NCBI GenBank assembly: GCA_038883795.1
Contig: JAVZLK010000002.1
Coordinates: 108,491-172,490 of the forward strand
DNA from: Candidatus Bathyarchaeia archaeon
GTDB taxonomy: Archaea; Thermoproteota; Bathyarchaeia; Bathyarchaeales; Bathycorpusculaceae
Direction: 5' to 3'
DNA: 64,000 bases
Shown: in pieces, positions 51,900 to 60,650 of the stretch
Layout of the letters: the number at the start of each line of letters is the position of its first letter
Numbering within the stretch: position 1 is the stretch's first letter
The notes under the pieces: model-generated
Told to the model about the DNA's origin: nothing
The model's input: only the letters and a program-made list of their open reading frames with translations
The model's database searches: none
Translations under genes and position numbers: made by a program

Positions 51900-53801
51900 T
51901 TGGAAAAAAGGGTTTTAATTCTATTAATAATTTTATGTTTGATGTTCGCGTCAATCCTCAAAAATTATAAAATTTCCCTTAGGGCAGCACAAACACGAAC
52001 ATGGATCGTGGATGACGACGGACAAGCAGATTTTAAAACCATTCAAGAGGCTATAAACAACGCGAGTTCAGGAGACACAATATTTGTTCGTAATGGAACT
52101 TATTATGAAAACGTTGTTATCAATAAAAGCATTACACTGGTAGGAGAACACAGAGATTTCACAGTTATTAATGGCAACAAAACTGGTCATGTTGTTACCA
52201 TAGAGGCTGATAACGTAAGCATCCAAGGCTTCACTATAATGAAGAGTTATGATGGTCAATACGGTGGGATATTCATACGATCCCTTTCTATCGGTAACGT
52301 TATAACTAATAATAAAATCATAGAAAATTCTTATGGAATTTATCTTTACCTTTCAAGCAATAACAACATCTCTAACAATCTGATCTCCAATAACCTTTAC
52401 GGAATAGGTCTTACTTCTTGCAGCAACAACTTTATTTTCAGTAATACTATAATCTCAAATATCAACGACGGAATTAATTTATTCACATCCTTTAACAACT
52501 TTATTTCATATAATGTTATTCTGCATAACTCGCTCAATGGAATAAGCCTCTATAGTTCTGGAGACAATTTAATTCATGGAAACACTATTTCTACTAATCT
52601 ATTCTACGGAATTTTCTTTTATTCATCCATCAGCAATCTAATTTCAGTCAATACCATCACAAACAACCCTGCCGGAGGAATTGTCACAGTTTTTTCAAGC
52701 AATGACAATATTTTTTATCATAACAACTTCGATAATATAGTTCAAGTGTATAGTAAAGATTCGACCAATTTTTGGAGTTGCAATAATGAAGGAAATTATT
52801 GGAGTAACTATAATGGCACAGATTTTTACAGCGGTCCTAACCAAGACTATCCTGGTAGCGACGGAATAGGTGACATCCCTTATATTATAGATGAAGCCAA
52901 TGTTGATGGCAGTCCTCTTATGGGGATGTTTCATTCGTTTGACATAACTTATAAACAAAAAGTATACCAAGTTGCTATTATTTCTAATTCAACGATTTCT
53001 GATTTTCAGTTTCAGGTCGGAGTGGAAACTGGAAACAGAATAATACTCTTTAAGCCCAGCAACAATGAGAATACTGTTGGTTTTTGTCGAGTTATGATTC
53101 CTACGGAGTTTATGACTTATCCATACATTATTCTTTTTGGTAATGAGGAGATTAGTCCGTCTTTTCTCGCTATATCAAATGAAACTCATGTTTATCTATA
53201 TTTCACATATTTACATGATGATCAAATGGTCACAATGATTTCTTCTGAATGGTATAATGAATTGCTTAATATTTATTATGATTTGAATTTGACATATTAT
53301 AACCTTCTAAACCTTTATAATGACCTTTTGTATGATTACGCACTTCTTTTGGATAATTATACCCAGCTTCAGAAAAGTTTTGAGCTGTTAAATGCTTCTT
53401 TTCTGTATTTTTATGATTTGAATGCGACATTCTATAATTTTCTTGATGATTATGTGAAGTTACAAGAAAATTTCGATCTTTTGAATAGAACATATTATAA
53501 TCTTGCTGAGTTTTATTGGCAGTTGCAGATAAATTTTGGTAATTTGAGCCTCACATACCAAAGTCTTTTAAATGCATTTGTCCTTCTATCTGGTAATTAT
53601 ACTCAGCTTCAAGAAGATTTTCAGGAATTGAATGCTTCTTATCAAGATTATATGCATAGTTATTCTGAAAGCGTTAGTAATGTTAAGAACCTAACTTATA
53701 TTATTGTGGCTATGACGGCGGTTTTAATAATAGTTACTACCTACTTGTCAAAACAGGTTCACAGCGGCGGTGGAATTAAGATTAAAAAGTTTGGCGAGTA
53801 G
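51900..53801 (+). CDS. Cell-surface glycoprotein: NosD/CASH beta-helix, coiled-coil stalk and C-terminal TM anchor
   Basis: Signal peptide; DFKTIQEAINNA...GTYYENV; GI.L..S.NN.I..N repeats; GNYWS; DGIGD; NxS/T-rich heptads. Confidence 0.85.
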   Translation: MEKRVLILLIILCLMFASILKNYKISLRAAQTRTWIVDDDGQADFKTIQEAINNASSGDTIFVRNGTYYENVVINKSITLVGEHRDFTVINGNKTGHVVTIEADNVSIQGFTIMKSYDGQYGGIFIRSLSIGNVITNNKIIENSYGIYLYLSSNNNISNNLISNNLYGIGLTSCSNNFIFSNTIISNINDGINLFTSFNNFISYNVILHNSLNGISLYSSGDNLIHGNTISTNLFYGIFFYSSISNLISVNTITNNPAGGIVTVFSSNDNIFYHNNFDNIVQVYSKDSTNFWSCNNEGNYWSNYNGTDFYSGPNQDYPGSDGIGDIPYIIDEANVDGSPLMGMFHSFDITYKQKVYQVAIISNSTISDFQFQVGVETGNRIILFKPSNNENTVGFCRVMIPTEFMTYPYIILFGNEEISPSFLAISNETHVYLYFTYLHDDQMVTMISSEWYNELLNIYYDLNLTYYNLLNLYNDLLYDYALLLDNYTQLQKSFELLNASFLYFYDLNATFYNFLDDYVKLQENFDLLNRTYYNLAEFYWQLQINFGNLSLTYQSLLNAFVLLSGNYTQLQEDFQELNASYQDYMHSYSESVSNVKNLTYIIVAMTAVLIIVTTYLSKQVHSGGGIKIKKFGE

Positions 53802-53847
53802 TAGATAAAAATTTAAAGCTGGTTAATTTTTTGATTTTATGTTTGTT

Positions 53848-53921
53848 GCGGTCGTAGTCTAGTTTGGTTAGGACATCAGCCTCCCACGCTGACGACCCGG
53901 GTTCAAATCCCGGCGACCGCA
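53848..53921 (+). tRNA. tRNA-Gly(CCC), integration target; CCA not encoded
   Basis: GCGGTCG/CGACCGC acceptor; TCAGC-CTCCCAC-GCTGA anticodon arm; CCGGG-TTCAAAT-CCCGG T arm. Confidence 0.96.
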
Positions 53922-54077
53922 TCCGTTTAGCTCTATTTTTGAATAGGATTCTTTTAATGTCTTAATTATTTGTTTTAGACAATTTTCGCAAACTTTTGAC
54001 AAATTTAACCCTAATTCTTGTGCTTCTTTGACTGTTTCTGCATCTAAAAGTAATGTTGTTCTCTTTTTATTATGCAT
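53868..54077 (-). CDS. Integrase N-terminal fragment int(N), RHH/CcdA-like
   Basis: MHNKKRTTLLLDAETVKEAQELGLNLSKVCENCLKQ then reads through att as CGRRDLNPGRQRGR. Confidence 0.8.
   Translation of the reverse strand: MHNKKRTTLLLDAETVKEAQELGLNLSKVCENCLKQIIKTLKESYSKIELNGCGRRDLNPGRQRGRLMS
53880..53921 (+). repeat. att site within tRNA-Gly
   Basis: CCTCCCACGCTGACGACCCGGGTTCAAATCCCGGCGACCGCA. Confidence 0.95.
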
Positions 54078-54120
54078 AGGTATGCACCATACTGAACTTG
54101 TGCAGAAAAGCATATAAATC

Positions 54121-54150
54121 TTTGGTATACCTTCTTATTTTTTGGTATAC
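54121..54150. promoter_or_regulatory. Tandem operator-like TTTGGTATAC repeats between divergent int(N) and RHH genes
   Basis: Identical 10-mers at 54121 and 54141 (20-bp period), each containing the palindrome GTATAC. Confidence 0.55.
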
Positions 54151-54172
54151 GCATAAAAATGAGGAGATTAGA

Positions 54173-54475
54173 ATGGTGAAAGTATTAAGTGCAAAAGTTA
54201 AAGATTCTGTTTATGATGAGTTTGTCAAAAAGGCGAAAGAGCAAGGAATAAACCAATCTGAAGCTTTAAGAAGATTGATAGAGCAAAATATCAAAAGCTA
54301 TGCTGAAAAACCAATAGATAGAATCATTATTTTACAAGAATCAATAAAGGTTCTTTATGACCTTAAATTAATGTTGGCAAACGTTGTTAGTCAAGAGAAA
54401 CCGAAACTCATGGATTATCTTAACAAACAAATAGAGGATTTCCAAAAGAAACTTGAATTTGAAAAGAAAAGGTGA
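54173..54475 (+). CDS. CopG/RHH-type DNA-binding protein
   Basis: MVKVLSAKVKDSVYDEFVKKAKEQGINQSEALRRLI; GAGGAG SD before ATG 54173. Confidence 0.8.
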   Translation: MVKVLSAKVKDSVYDEFVKKAKEQGINQSEALRRLIEQNIKSYAEKPIDRIIILQESIKVLYDLKLMLANVVSQEKPKLMDYLNKQIEDFQKKLEFEKKR

Positions 54476-54480
54476 TTTGA

Positions 54481-54591
54481 ATGAACAGTGAAACTCTAAT
54501 TATTGCCGTTTTAACTTTCATTATTGGTTTTTTACTACATGACCATTATGTTAGTTGGAGAGATGGAAAGAAAAAACATGAAGATGGTTGA
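54481..54591 (+). CDS. 36-aa single-TM microprotein (not in ORF track)
   Basis: MNSETLIIAVLTFIIGFLLHDHYVSWRDGKKKHEDG; GGTGA SD; 5 nt after the RHH stop. Confidence 0.6.
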   Translation: MNSETLIIAVLTFIIGFLLHDHYVSWRDGKKKHEDG

Positions 54592-54688
54592 TTTTTGCTT
54601 TGCCTTCTTTTCCGGATTCCTATTTTGCTGGATTCTAATGATTATACTTCAAATCTTAATTAGTGGTGGAAATGAGAAAGAAAGTTAG
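54578..54688 (+). CDS. 36-aa single-TM microprotein (not in ORF track)
   Basis: MKMVDFCFAFFSGFLFCWILMIILQILISGGNEKES; overlaps both neighbours. Confidence 0.5.
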   Translation: MKMVDFCFAFFSGFLFCWILMIILQILISGGNEKES

Positions 54689-54863
54689 GATTCATTATAA
54701 ATATTGTCGAATAGCTGGATTCTTAACGGTTCTCTGCTTTATCTTGGCGATTCTGTGTTGTTATCAACCTAAACTTTTGCCCTTACTTGCCTTCTCAATA
54801 ATAGACTTAATTCTAACAAGTATCTCTGCATACTACATAACCATAGAGGAAGTGCCTTCATAG
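54672..54863 (+). CDS. Small two-TM membrane protein
   Basis: MRKKVRIHYKYCRIAGFLTVLCFILAIL...; GGTGG SD. Confidence 0.55.
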   Translation: MRKKVRIHYKYCRIAGFLTVLCFILAILCCYQPKLLPLLAFSIIDLILTSISAYYITIEEVPS

Positions 54864-55013
54864 GCATTGTTTCATTATATAATAATTACGAGATGTGGAG
54901 GACTATTTTCATAAACTTTTGTAACGTGTAACTTGAAGTCTTTATTCTTTCCCATGAAAGGACATCAGTCGGTTAAAATGATGGAAGTGCGTAGCAACAC
55001 AATTTTAACACGG

Positions 55014-55376
55014 TTAGGGTGTCTGCGGATTTGAAAACAAATTTCCGCTTTTCAACTTTCCAGTTTTTCTTTTTTCCCACCAATATAATAAGCTTAACGT
55101 TACTGCAAAATATGGAATGGCAATATACCAATAAACAATAAGCATAAATGGAAGCAGCATAGGTGCCGTCAAAAACGTAAAGAAAAATATTCCAGGATAA
55201 ATATAAAGTGCTCCAATTGCACCAGGAAGGGTTGTTAGAAGAGCGAAACCGTAGATTATGATAAGCACTTTCCAAATCCAATGCATACCCATTCCCAATA
55301 ATATTTTAGAATTTATCCCTAATAAAATTTGAATGATAAACCGCATAAAAATTGTGTTGCCACGCTCGTCCATCAT
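55014..55376 (-). CDS. Hydrophobic multi-TM protein (element cargo)
   Basis: 120 aa with several hydrophobic segments and a basic C-tail. Confidence 0.5.
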   Translation of the reverse strand: MMDERGNTIFMRFIIQILLGINSKILLGMGMHWIWKVLIIIYGFALLTTLPGAIGALYIYPGIFFFTFLTAPMLLPFMLIVYWYIAIPYFAVTLSLLYWWEKRKTGKLKSGNLFSNPQTP

Positions 55377-55659
55377 TCTTGGGGAATAAAATTTTGTCTT
55401 GTTAAATCATAAACTTGACATCATTCTTAGACAATGAAGTCTTTTCCATAAAATTTTGGGTTTTTGCGTTCAGATTTAACAAAAATTTTCCGCTATTATA
55501 TACCTCTCCGCTCTTTGTTAAACCGTTAAATTTTTCCATTGTATTTATGATGTTGTATGTTTGAAATATAAAGTATGGTGGATATGCAAGTTTCAAAGGA
55601 TTTTGCTTTTGCTAAATTCTATTAAACTATGGTTATATATTATATATAAAAAGGGGAAT

Positions 55660-56802
55660 TTAGGAAATTTTGCTTTTAATTTCATGTATTCCCTGGAATA
55701 CTCTTTCTTTTAAGTCGTTTATCAGTTTTGGGTTGAAGTAGTTTTGCATGAAAACGTTTGCGCTTACTCTTCCGTGAAGGAAATCTATTTCTGGCGGTTT
55801 AAGATATTTCGTTAAGAAGCTGGCATGCATTTCCCTTACGTCTGCAAACCTTAACGGTAAATTGGCAAGTCTAACACGCTTCTGAACAGCATGTTTACTT
55901 TTGAACGGTTCTAAAACACTTATTTGTTTGATTAAGTCCTTTGGCACAAAACTTGCAAACGCCTTCTTACTCTTCCTAATGAAAACCTCTTTAAACTTGA
56001 AATGTTCCAAAGTTTCGTTCTCTTCATTATAGTAGTCGCTTAACTTTCCTTTTTTGGAAAGTTCAATAATTAAGTTGTAGCTTTGAACAGCTTCTTCAAG
56101 TCTTAGACCCGTTATGGCGATGTAATCCATGAAAATCATTAAATCTTTTCTTTCATTTTTCACTTGTTTAATCCATTGAAAAACTTCATCTGGGTTTTTG
56201 ACTTTGACAAGTCTATCAATTAATAGTTCATCTGTGCTTTTGCCTGTCCATTTTAAACCATACTGTTTAACTAATTCTTTCCAATCTTCATGAATGCCCA
56301 GGTATTTCGCTAAATTGCTTAATGCTCTAACTACGTTAGGCCTAAGTGTATCCCTCAAATCTCTAACTTCAGTTAAATCACGGTTAAGTAAACAATGAGC
56401 ATACTTCTTAGAATAGTTCACTAAACTAACGACGGTATGCCTTCTATGGTTACGTAGCAACCAATTTTCAAAATTACTCCAATTAATCTTTTGAATTAAA
56501 GGTTCTTCTTCAGCATTTATTTTATGCGGTATACCGTTTTTCGACAAAGTATACCGACTTTCTTCTGAAACTTCAGAATTGATTTCAGAATGGTATATAT
56601 TTCTATTTTCTTGACTTTCAAAAGACCCTTTTCTCTGCTTCATTTCTATGTTATAAGAACGATTCGAATCCATGTTTTCCAAATTTCTTATTTCTGAATC
56701 GCTTTCCGCCAAAGGAGGCAGAGAAATCGCAGAAAATTCGCTATCAGATGCTGTTTTCAACCTCCCACGCTGACGACCCGGGTTCAAATCCCGGCGACCG
56801 CA
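55660..56802 (-). CDS. Integrase C-terminal fragment int(C), tyrosine recombinase catalytic domain
   Basis: ITGLRLEEA (Arg I), FADVRE (Arg II), IDFLHGR, FMQNY (Tyr); frame opens inside att. Confidence 0.9.
   Translation of the reverse strand, partial: CGRRDLNPGRQRGRLKTASDSEFSAISLPPLAESDSEIRNLENMDSNRSYNIEMKQRKGSFESQENRNIYHSEINSEVSEESRYTLSKNGIPHKINAEEEPLIQKINWSNFENWLLRNHRRHTVVSLVNYSKKYAHCLLNRDLTEVRDLRDTLRPNVVRALSNLAKYLGIHEDWKELVKQYGLKWTGKSTDELLIDRLVKVKNPDEVFQWIKQVKNERKDLMIFMDYIAITGLRLEEAVQSYNLIIELSKKGKLSDYYNEENETLEHFKFKEVFIRKSKKAFASFVPKDLIKQISVLEPFKSKHAVQKRVRLANLPLRFADVREMHASFLTKYLKPPEIDFLHGRVSANVFMQNYFNPKLINDLKERVFQGIHEIKSKIS
56761..56802 (+). repeat. att site (duplicated tRNA-Gly 3' half)
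   Basis: Identical to 53880-53921. Confidence 0.95.
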
Positions 56803-56865
56803 CTAAAAGTTCTATGGTTATTTTCATTTTTGTGGTGAAAGGAAAATGTGTTTAATTATTTAGTT

Positions 56866-59082
56866 TTAGGCTTCTTCGTAGAATTCTTCTGCCCTTGGTG
56901 GCGTGGGACTTAAGCCTCTGCGTTTGCGTATTTGGGCTATTATTTCGGCTTGCATTGATTCTGGAACTGGTGCCCAGCGGCTGAATTGTGTTGCCCAGAA
57001 GGCTCTTCCTTGAGTTGATGAGCGTAGTTCGTCTGCTAGTCCGAAGGATTCGGCTACGGGCATTTCGGCTTTGACTATTACCATGTCTTCTTCGTTTATC
57101 ATGTCTAGGATTTTTCCTCGGCGTTTTTGTACTATGGCGATGACGTTGCTTACGAATTCATTTGGGACTTTGCATTCGAAGTTTAAGATTGGTTCTAAAA
57201 GTTTTGGGTCGCTTAGGAGAAAACTGCACCAGATTGGGCGCCAAGTCATTGGAAGTATTTGGGCTGGGCCTCTGTGGACTGGGTCTTCGTGGACCAGAAT
57301 GTCTTCCAAGTTAACCTTTAATCCGTAGGCTGGTTCTTTTGCCAGAACAGAAGTGTATACGGCTTCACGGAAACCTGATTTTACATGGTCTATTATTTCT
57401 TCTACGTATTGTCTTCCTTTTATTCTGTTTACTAGCACGTTTGTGCCTTCTATAGCTATGACGTTGCGGGCATCTTCGGTTGACCATCCAAACTGTCTTA
57501 AAATTTTTGCTCTTTCGTCTCGGGTTTGCATTTCGTTTATTTTTCCTGTTCTTATGGCTTCGATGACCTCTTCTGATAGTTTTTCTAGGGTTACCCATAG
57601 GCGGTTGTGTTTGTTGGGGCTCTTGCCCATTATTGGTGGTCCTTTGTAGTCGTGGCTTATTGTTTCACGGTAGATTACTATGGGTTTGCTGATTTTCACT
57701 TTTAATCCTGCTTCTTGCATGCGGTAAGCTGTGACTTCGAGGTGGAGTTCGCCCATTCCGCTTAGGAGGTATTCTCCACTTTCCTTGTTTATTACGAAGT
57801 GGAGGTTTGGGTCTTCTAAGGTTAGTTTATGAATGACTTTGTCGAAGAGTGGTAGGTCTTTTATGTCTTCTGGTTCCACGGCAACCGTGACTACTGGGTC
57901 TGAAACGTATTTTAATCCTTCAAAGGGTTGGGTTTCCACGCCTTCTTCTGCGACGGTTTCGCCCACGTGGATTGATGGTAGTCCCGATAGGGCGGCTATG
58001 TTTCCCGCGGGAATTTCGTCTACGATTACTCTGTCTGCTGCCATGCTCATGTAAACTTGCTGGATTGTTCCTTTTTGGCGACTGTTTATTAGGCTGACGG
58101 TTTTTCCTTTCTTAACCGTGCCACTGAAAACTCTTCCTATGGCAATGACTCCGCTGTGGGGGTCAACTTCGATTGTTGTTATGCACATTAGTAAGGGTCC
58201 GTTTGGGTCAACTTTTGCCATGGCTTTGCCTACTGGGCTATTCACGTCTCCAGGCCAGATTTGAGTTTGTCTGTATGGTTGCGCATCCAAGGGGTTTGGC
58301 AGATGTTCGCAGAACATGTCCAGTATTGGCTCGTAGAGGGGTGCTTTTTTGCTTAGGGCGTCCACTTTCTTTGCGATTTCTTCGGGTTCTCCTGTATAAG
58401 CATCTATGATTTCTTGGAATGTTATGCCCTTCGCTTTCATGTGAGGCAGGTTTAGCCCCCATTTGTGGAGGGCTGAGCCGAAGGCTACTCTTCCATCTTC
58501 AACTTTTACTTGCCAGTCCTTCTTGTGTTCTGGCGGTGCATACTTTTCTATGAGGCTGTTTATGCGTACAATTATTTTTGCAAATTTTCGTTGTATCTCC
58601 TCGGGTGTTAATTTTATCTCTTTTATCAGTCTGTCAACTTTATTTATGTAAAGGATGGGCTTGACCCTTTCTCTGAGGGCTTGCATTAAAACTGTTTCTG
58701 TCTGAGTCATGGGGCCTTCTACTGCATCAACAACCACTAGCGCCCCGTCTACTGCGCGGAGACTTCGTGTTACCGCTCCACTAAAGTCTATGTGTCCCGG
58801 CGTGTCAATTAGGTTTATTAGGTGTTCTTTTCCGTTGTAAGTGTGGACCATGCTTATGTTTGATGCGAAAACTGTCATCTGCCTTTTCTGTTCTAGTTCC
58901 CAACTGTCTAGGTAAAGTTGTTGTCCAGCCCTTTGTTCGCTTATGATGCCAGCCGCAGCCAAAAGGCTGTCTGAAAGCGTAGTTTTTCCGTGGTCTACGT
59001 GGGCTATTATGCTTGTGTTTCTAATTATTTCTGGATTATTCATCAGTTTGATGATGTCTTCAATTTGTCTATAACGTCCCAT
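56866..59082 (-). CDS. fusA: Translation elongation factor 2 family GTPase (aEF-2 or a paralog)
   Basis: AHVDHGKTT, DTPGH, NKVD, GMGELHLE, HEDPVHRGPAQ diphthamide loop. Confidence 0.9.
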   Translation of the reverse strand: MGRYRQIEDIIKLMNNPEIIRNTSIIAHVDHGKTTLSDSLLAAAGIISEQRAGQQLYLDSWELEQKRQMTVFASNISMVHTYNGKEHLINLIDTPGHIDFSGAVTRSLRAVDGALVVVDAVEGPMTQTETVLMQALRERVKPILYINKVDRLIKEIKLTPEEIQRKFAKIIVRINSLIEKYAPPEHKKDWQVKVEDGRVAFGSALHKWGLNLPHMKAKGITFQEIIDAYTGEPEEIAKKVDALSKKAPLYEPILDMFCEHLPNPLDAQPYRQTQIWPGDVNSPVGKAMAKVDPNGPLLMCITTIEVDPHSGVIAIGRVFSGTVKKGKTVSLINSRQKGTIQQVYMSMAADRVIVDEIPAGNIAALSGLPSIHVGETVAEEGVETQPFEGLKYVSDPVVTVAVEPEDIKDLPLFDKVIHKLTLEDPNLHFVINKESGEYLLSGMGELHLEVTAYRMQEAGLKVKISKPIVIYRETISHDYKGPPIMGKSPNKHNRLWVTLEKLSEEVIEAIRTGKINEMQTRDERAKILRQFGWSTEDARNVIAIEGTNVLVNRIKGRQYVEEIIDHVKSGFREAVYTSVLAKEPAYGLKVNLEDILVHEDPVHRGPAQILPMTWRPIWCSFLLSDPKLLEPILNFECKVPNEFVSNVIAIVQKRRGKILDMINEEDMVIVKAEMPVAESFGLADELRSSTQGRAFWATQFSRWAPVPESMQAEIIAQIRKRRGLSPTPPRAEEFYEEA

Positions 59083-59224
59083 GGTTAAACCTTCCCGATA
59101 CTAATTAAATAGGATTTTTTGATGGATTGTTCTGTTTTAGTTTCCTTAATCATTGTTATTTCGCTCTTTGAAAAGAGCTACATGGAAAAGCGAAATGTAA
59201 CCTATTAACTTTTTGTTGTAACTC

Positions 59225-59674
59225 TTATTCCATTAATGTAATCATTTTTTCTGCAGTTTCCTTATCTACGTAAAAGCCTCCTCGGGCTAATCTCTTAACG
59301 CCTAAAAGTAAGCGAGCATTATCGAGCGGTATGGGGTTGACTGCTTCTCGAAGGTTTTTGAACCTAATAAAGGAAACTTTTTGTTTGTCCTTAACAAATT
59401 GAAAATATTGTTCGGCAGAGCTTAAAACTGATTCTTTGCCATGTTCCTTCCATAACTCTTCAGCTTTTCCAACTTTCCTTTCGATGAACTCTGCGTACCC
59501 GCTTATTTCTGCGACTGGTTTGGAAACGTAAAAGATAAGTAACGAAGCATTTGTGGGAGGCGCTCGCGGCCCGCCAACGTAAGAGTGCACTTGTCTTCCT
59601 TCGCGATTTAGGCGGCAGAATTCGCGCCACCATTTCTCCTTAACCATCATGACGAAGGCGTATTTTTCCTTCAT
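59225..59674 (-). CDS. PUA-like (EVE/DUF365/ASCH-type) domain protein
   Basis: LIFYVSKPVAEISGYAEF...ELWKEHG pattern. Confidence 0.65.
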   Translation of the reverse strand: MKEKYAFVMMVKEKWWREFCRLNREGRQVHSYVGGPRAPPTNASLLIFYVSKPVAEISGYAEFIERKVGKAEELWKEHGKESVLSSAEQYFQFVKDKQKVSFIRFKNLREAVNPIPLDNARLLLGVKRLARGGFYVDKETAEKMITLME

Positions 59675-59738
59675 TGAACCACGTTAATATGCTGAAGGCT
59701 TCGTAATTTAAAATTTGTTGAACTAAACTTTTTATCAG

Positions 59739-60650
59739 ATGCTTGATTATTCATTGTTGATGTCTGGAAAAGAGTTTTTTGTAAACCGCTATGAAATGCT
59801 TGGTTGGAAATATGAGGATGTAGAGCTTAAACCAGCCATTAGGATAAACTCTATAAACGCCGAGGAAGAGGAAGTTGTCAAAAGACTGCAATCTTTGGGA
59901 ACTGAGCTTGAGAAAATACCCTTCTTAGAAAAGGGCTATTGGGTATCTCATTCAGAATTTTCCGTGGGCGCAACAACAGAATACCTTTTAGGTTATTATT
60001 CAATTCAGGAAGCAGCATCCCAGATTCCAGCAACGCTTTTCACAGATTTGAAAGACAAAGTCGTCTTGGATGCGTGTGCGGCCCCGGGAGGAAAAACTGT
60101 TCAATTAGCCGATTTAATGGCGAATACTGGCGTAATTATAGCTTTAGACGTTAAATTGAGGAGGTTAACTGCCCTTTCAAATCAGCTTGAACGGTGCCGC
60201 GTGAAAAATGCCATAGTTTATAACATGGATGCAAGGTACACTTCTAAATTGAAGATGAAGTTTGACCGTATACTTTTGGATGTTCCGTGTTCTGGTAATT
60301 TTTCCACAGACAAAGCTTGGTTTAACCGACGAACGATTAAAGATGTTGAGGAAAATGCGAAACGCCAAAGAGAAATATTGGCTGAAGCAGCGAAAGTTTT
60401 GAAGGATGATGGAGAAATAGTCTATTCAACTTGCTCCTTAGAACCTGAAGAAGACGAATTAAACATTGACTGGGCAATAAAAAACCTCGGGTTTCAAGTT
60501 GAAAAAGTCAACTGTTATGGTGAACTATCTCCGGCTGAAATTTTCGGAAAAAAGCTTGACAGTCAAATAGAGAATTGCAGAAGAATTTGGCCTGGGAAAA
60601 CACAGGGCTTCTTCGTTTGCAAGCTTAAGAAGGATGTGCAAACGAAATGA
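59739..60650 (+). CDS. RsmB/NOP2-family RNA m5C methyltransferase
   Basis: IQEAAS, DACAAPGGKT, LDVPCSG, YSTCSL.PEE; ATG at 59760 also plausible. Confidence 0.93.
   Translation: MLDYSLLMSGKEFFVNRYEMLGWKYEDVELKPAIRINSINAEEEEVVKRLQSLGTELEKIPFLEKGYWVSHSEFSVGATTEYLLGYYSIQEAASQIPATLFTDLKDKVVLDACAAPGGKTVQLADLMANTGVIIALDVKLRRLTALSNQLERCRVKNAIVYNMDARYTSKLKMKFDRILLDVPCSGNFSTDKAWFNRRTIKDVEENAKRQREILAEAAKVLKDDGEIVYSTCSLEPEEDELNIDWAIKNLGFQVEKVNCYGELSPAEIFGKKLDSQIENCRRIWPGKTQGFFVCKLKKDVQTK

Larger units (their letters stand above)
53880..56802. mobile_element. Small (2.9 kb) integrated element with an SSV1-type split integrase
   Basis: Perfect 42-bp direct repeats at 53880-53921 and 56761-56802 (tRNA 3' half); integrase halves abut both repeats in the same frame. 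Confidence 0.92.

Noticed and set aside
55402-55596. 64-aa ORF inside the element
   Set aside because: No SD or motif and no clean frame join to 55014-55376; cannot be supported as a gene.
56761-56802. Apparent second tRNA-Gly or split-tRNA half
   Set aside because: Only the 3' half, with no complementary leader for trans-splicing; explained as the att duplication beside an integrase.
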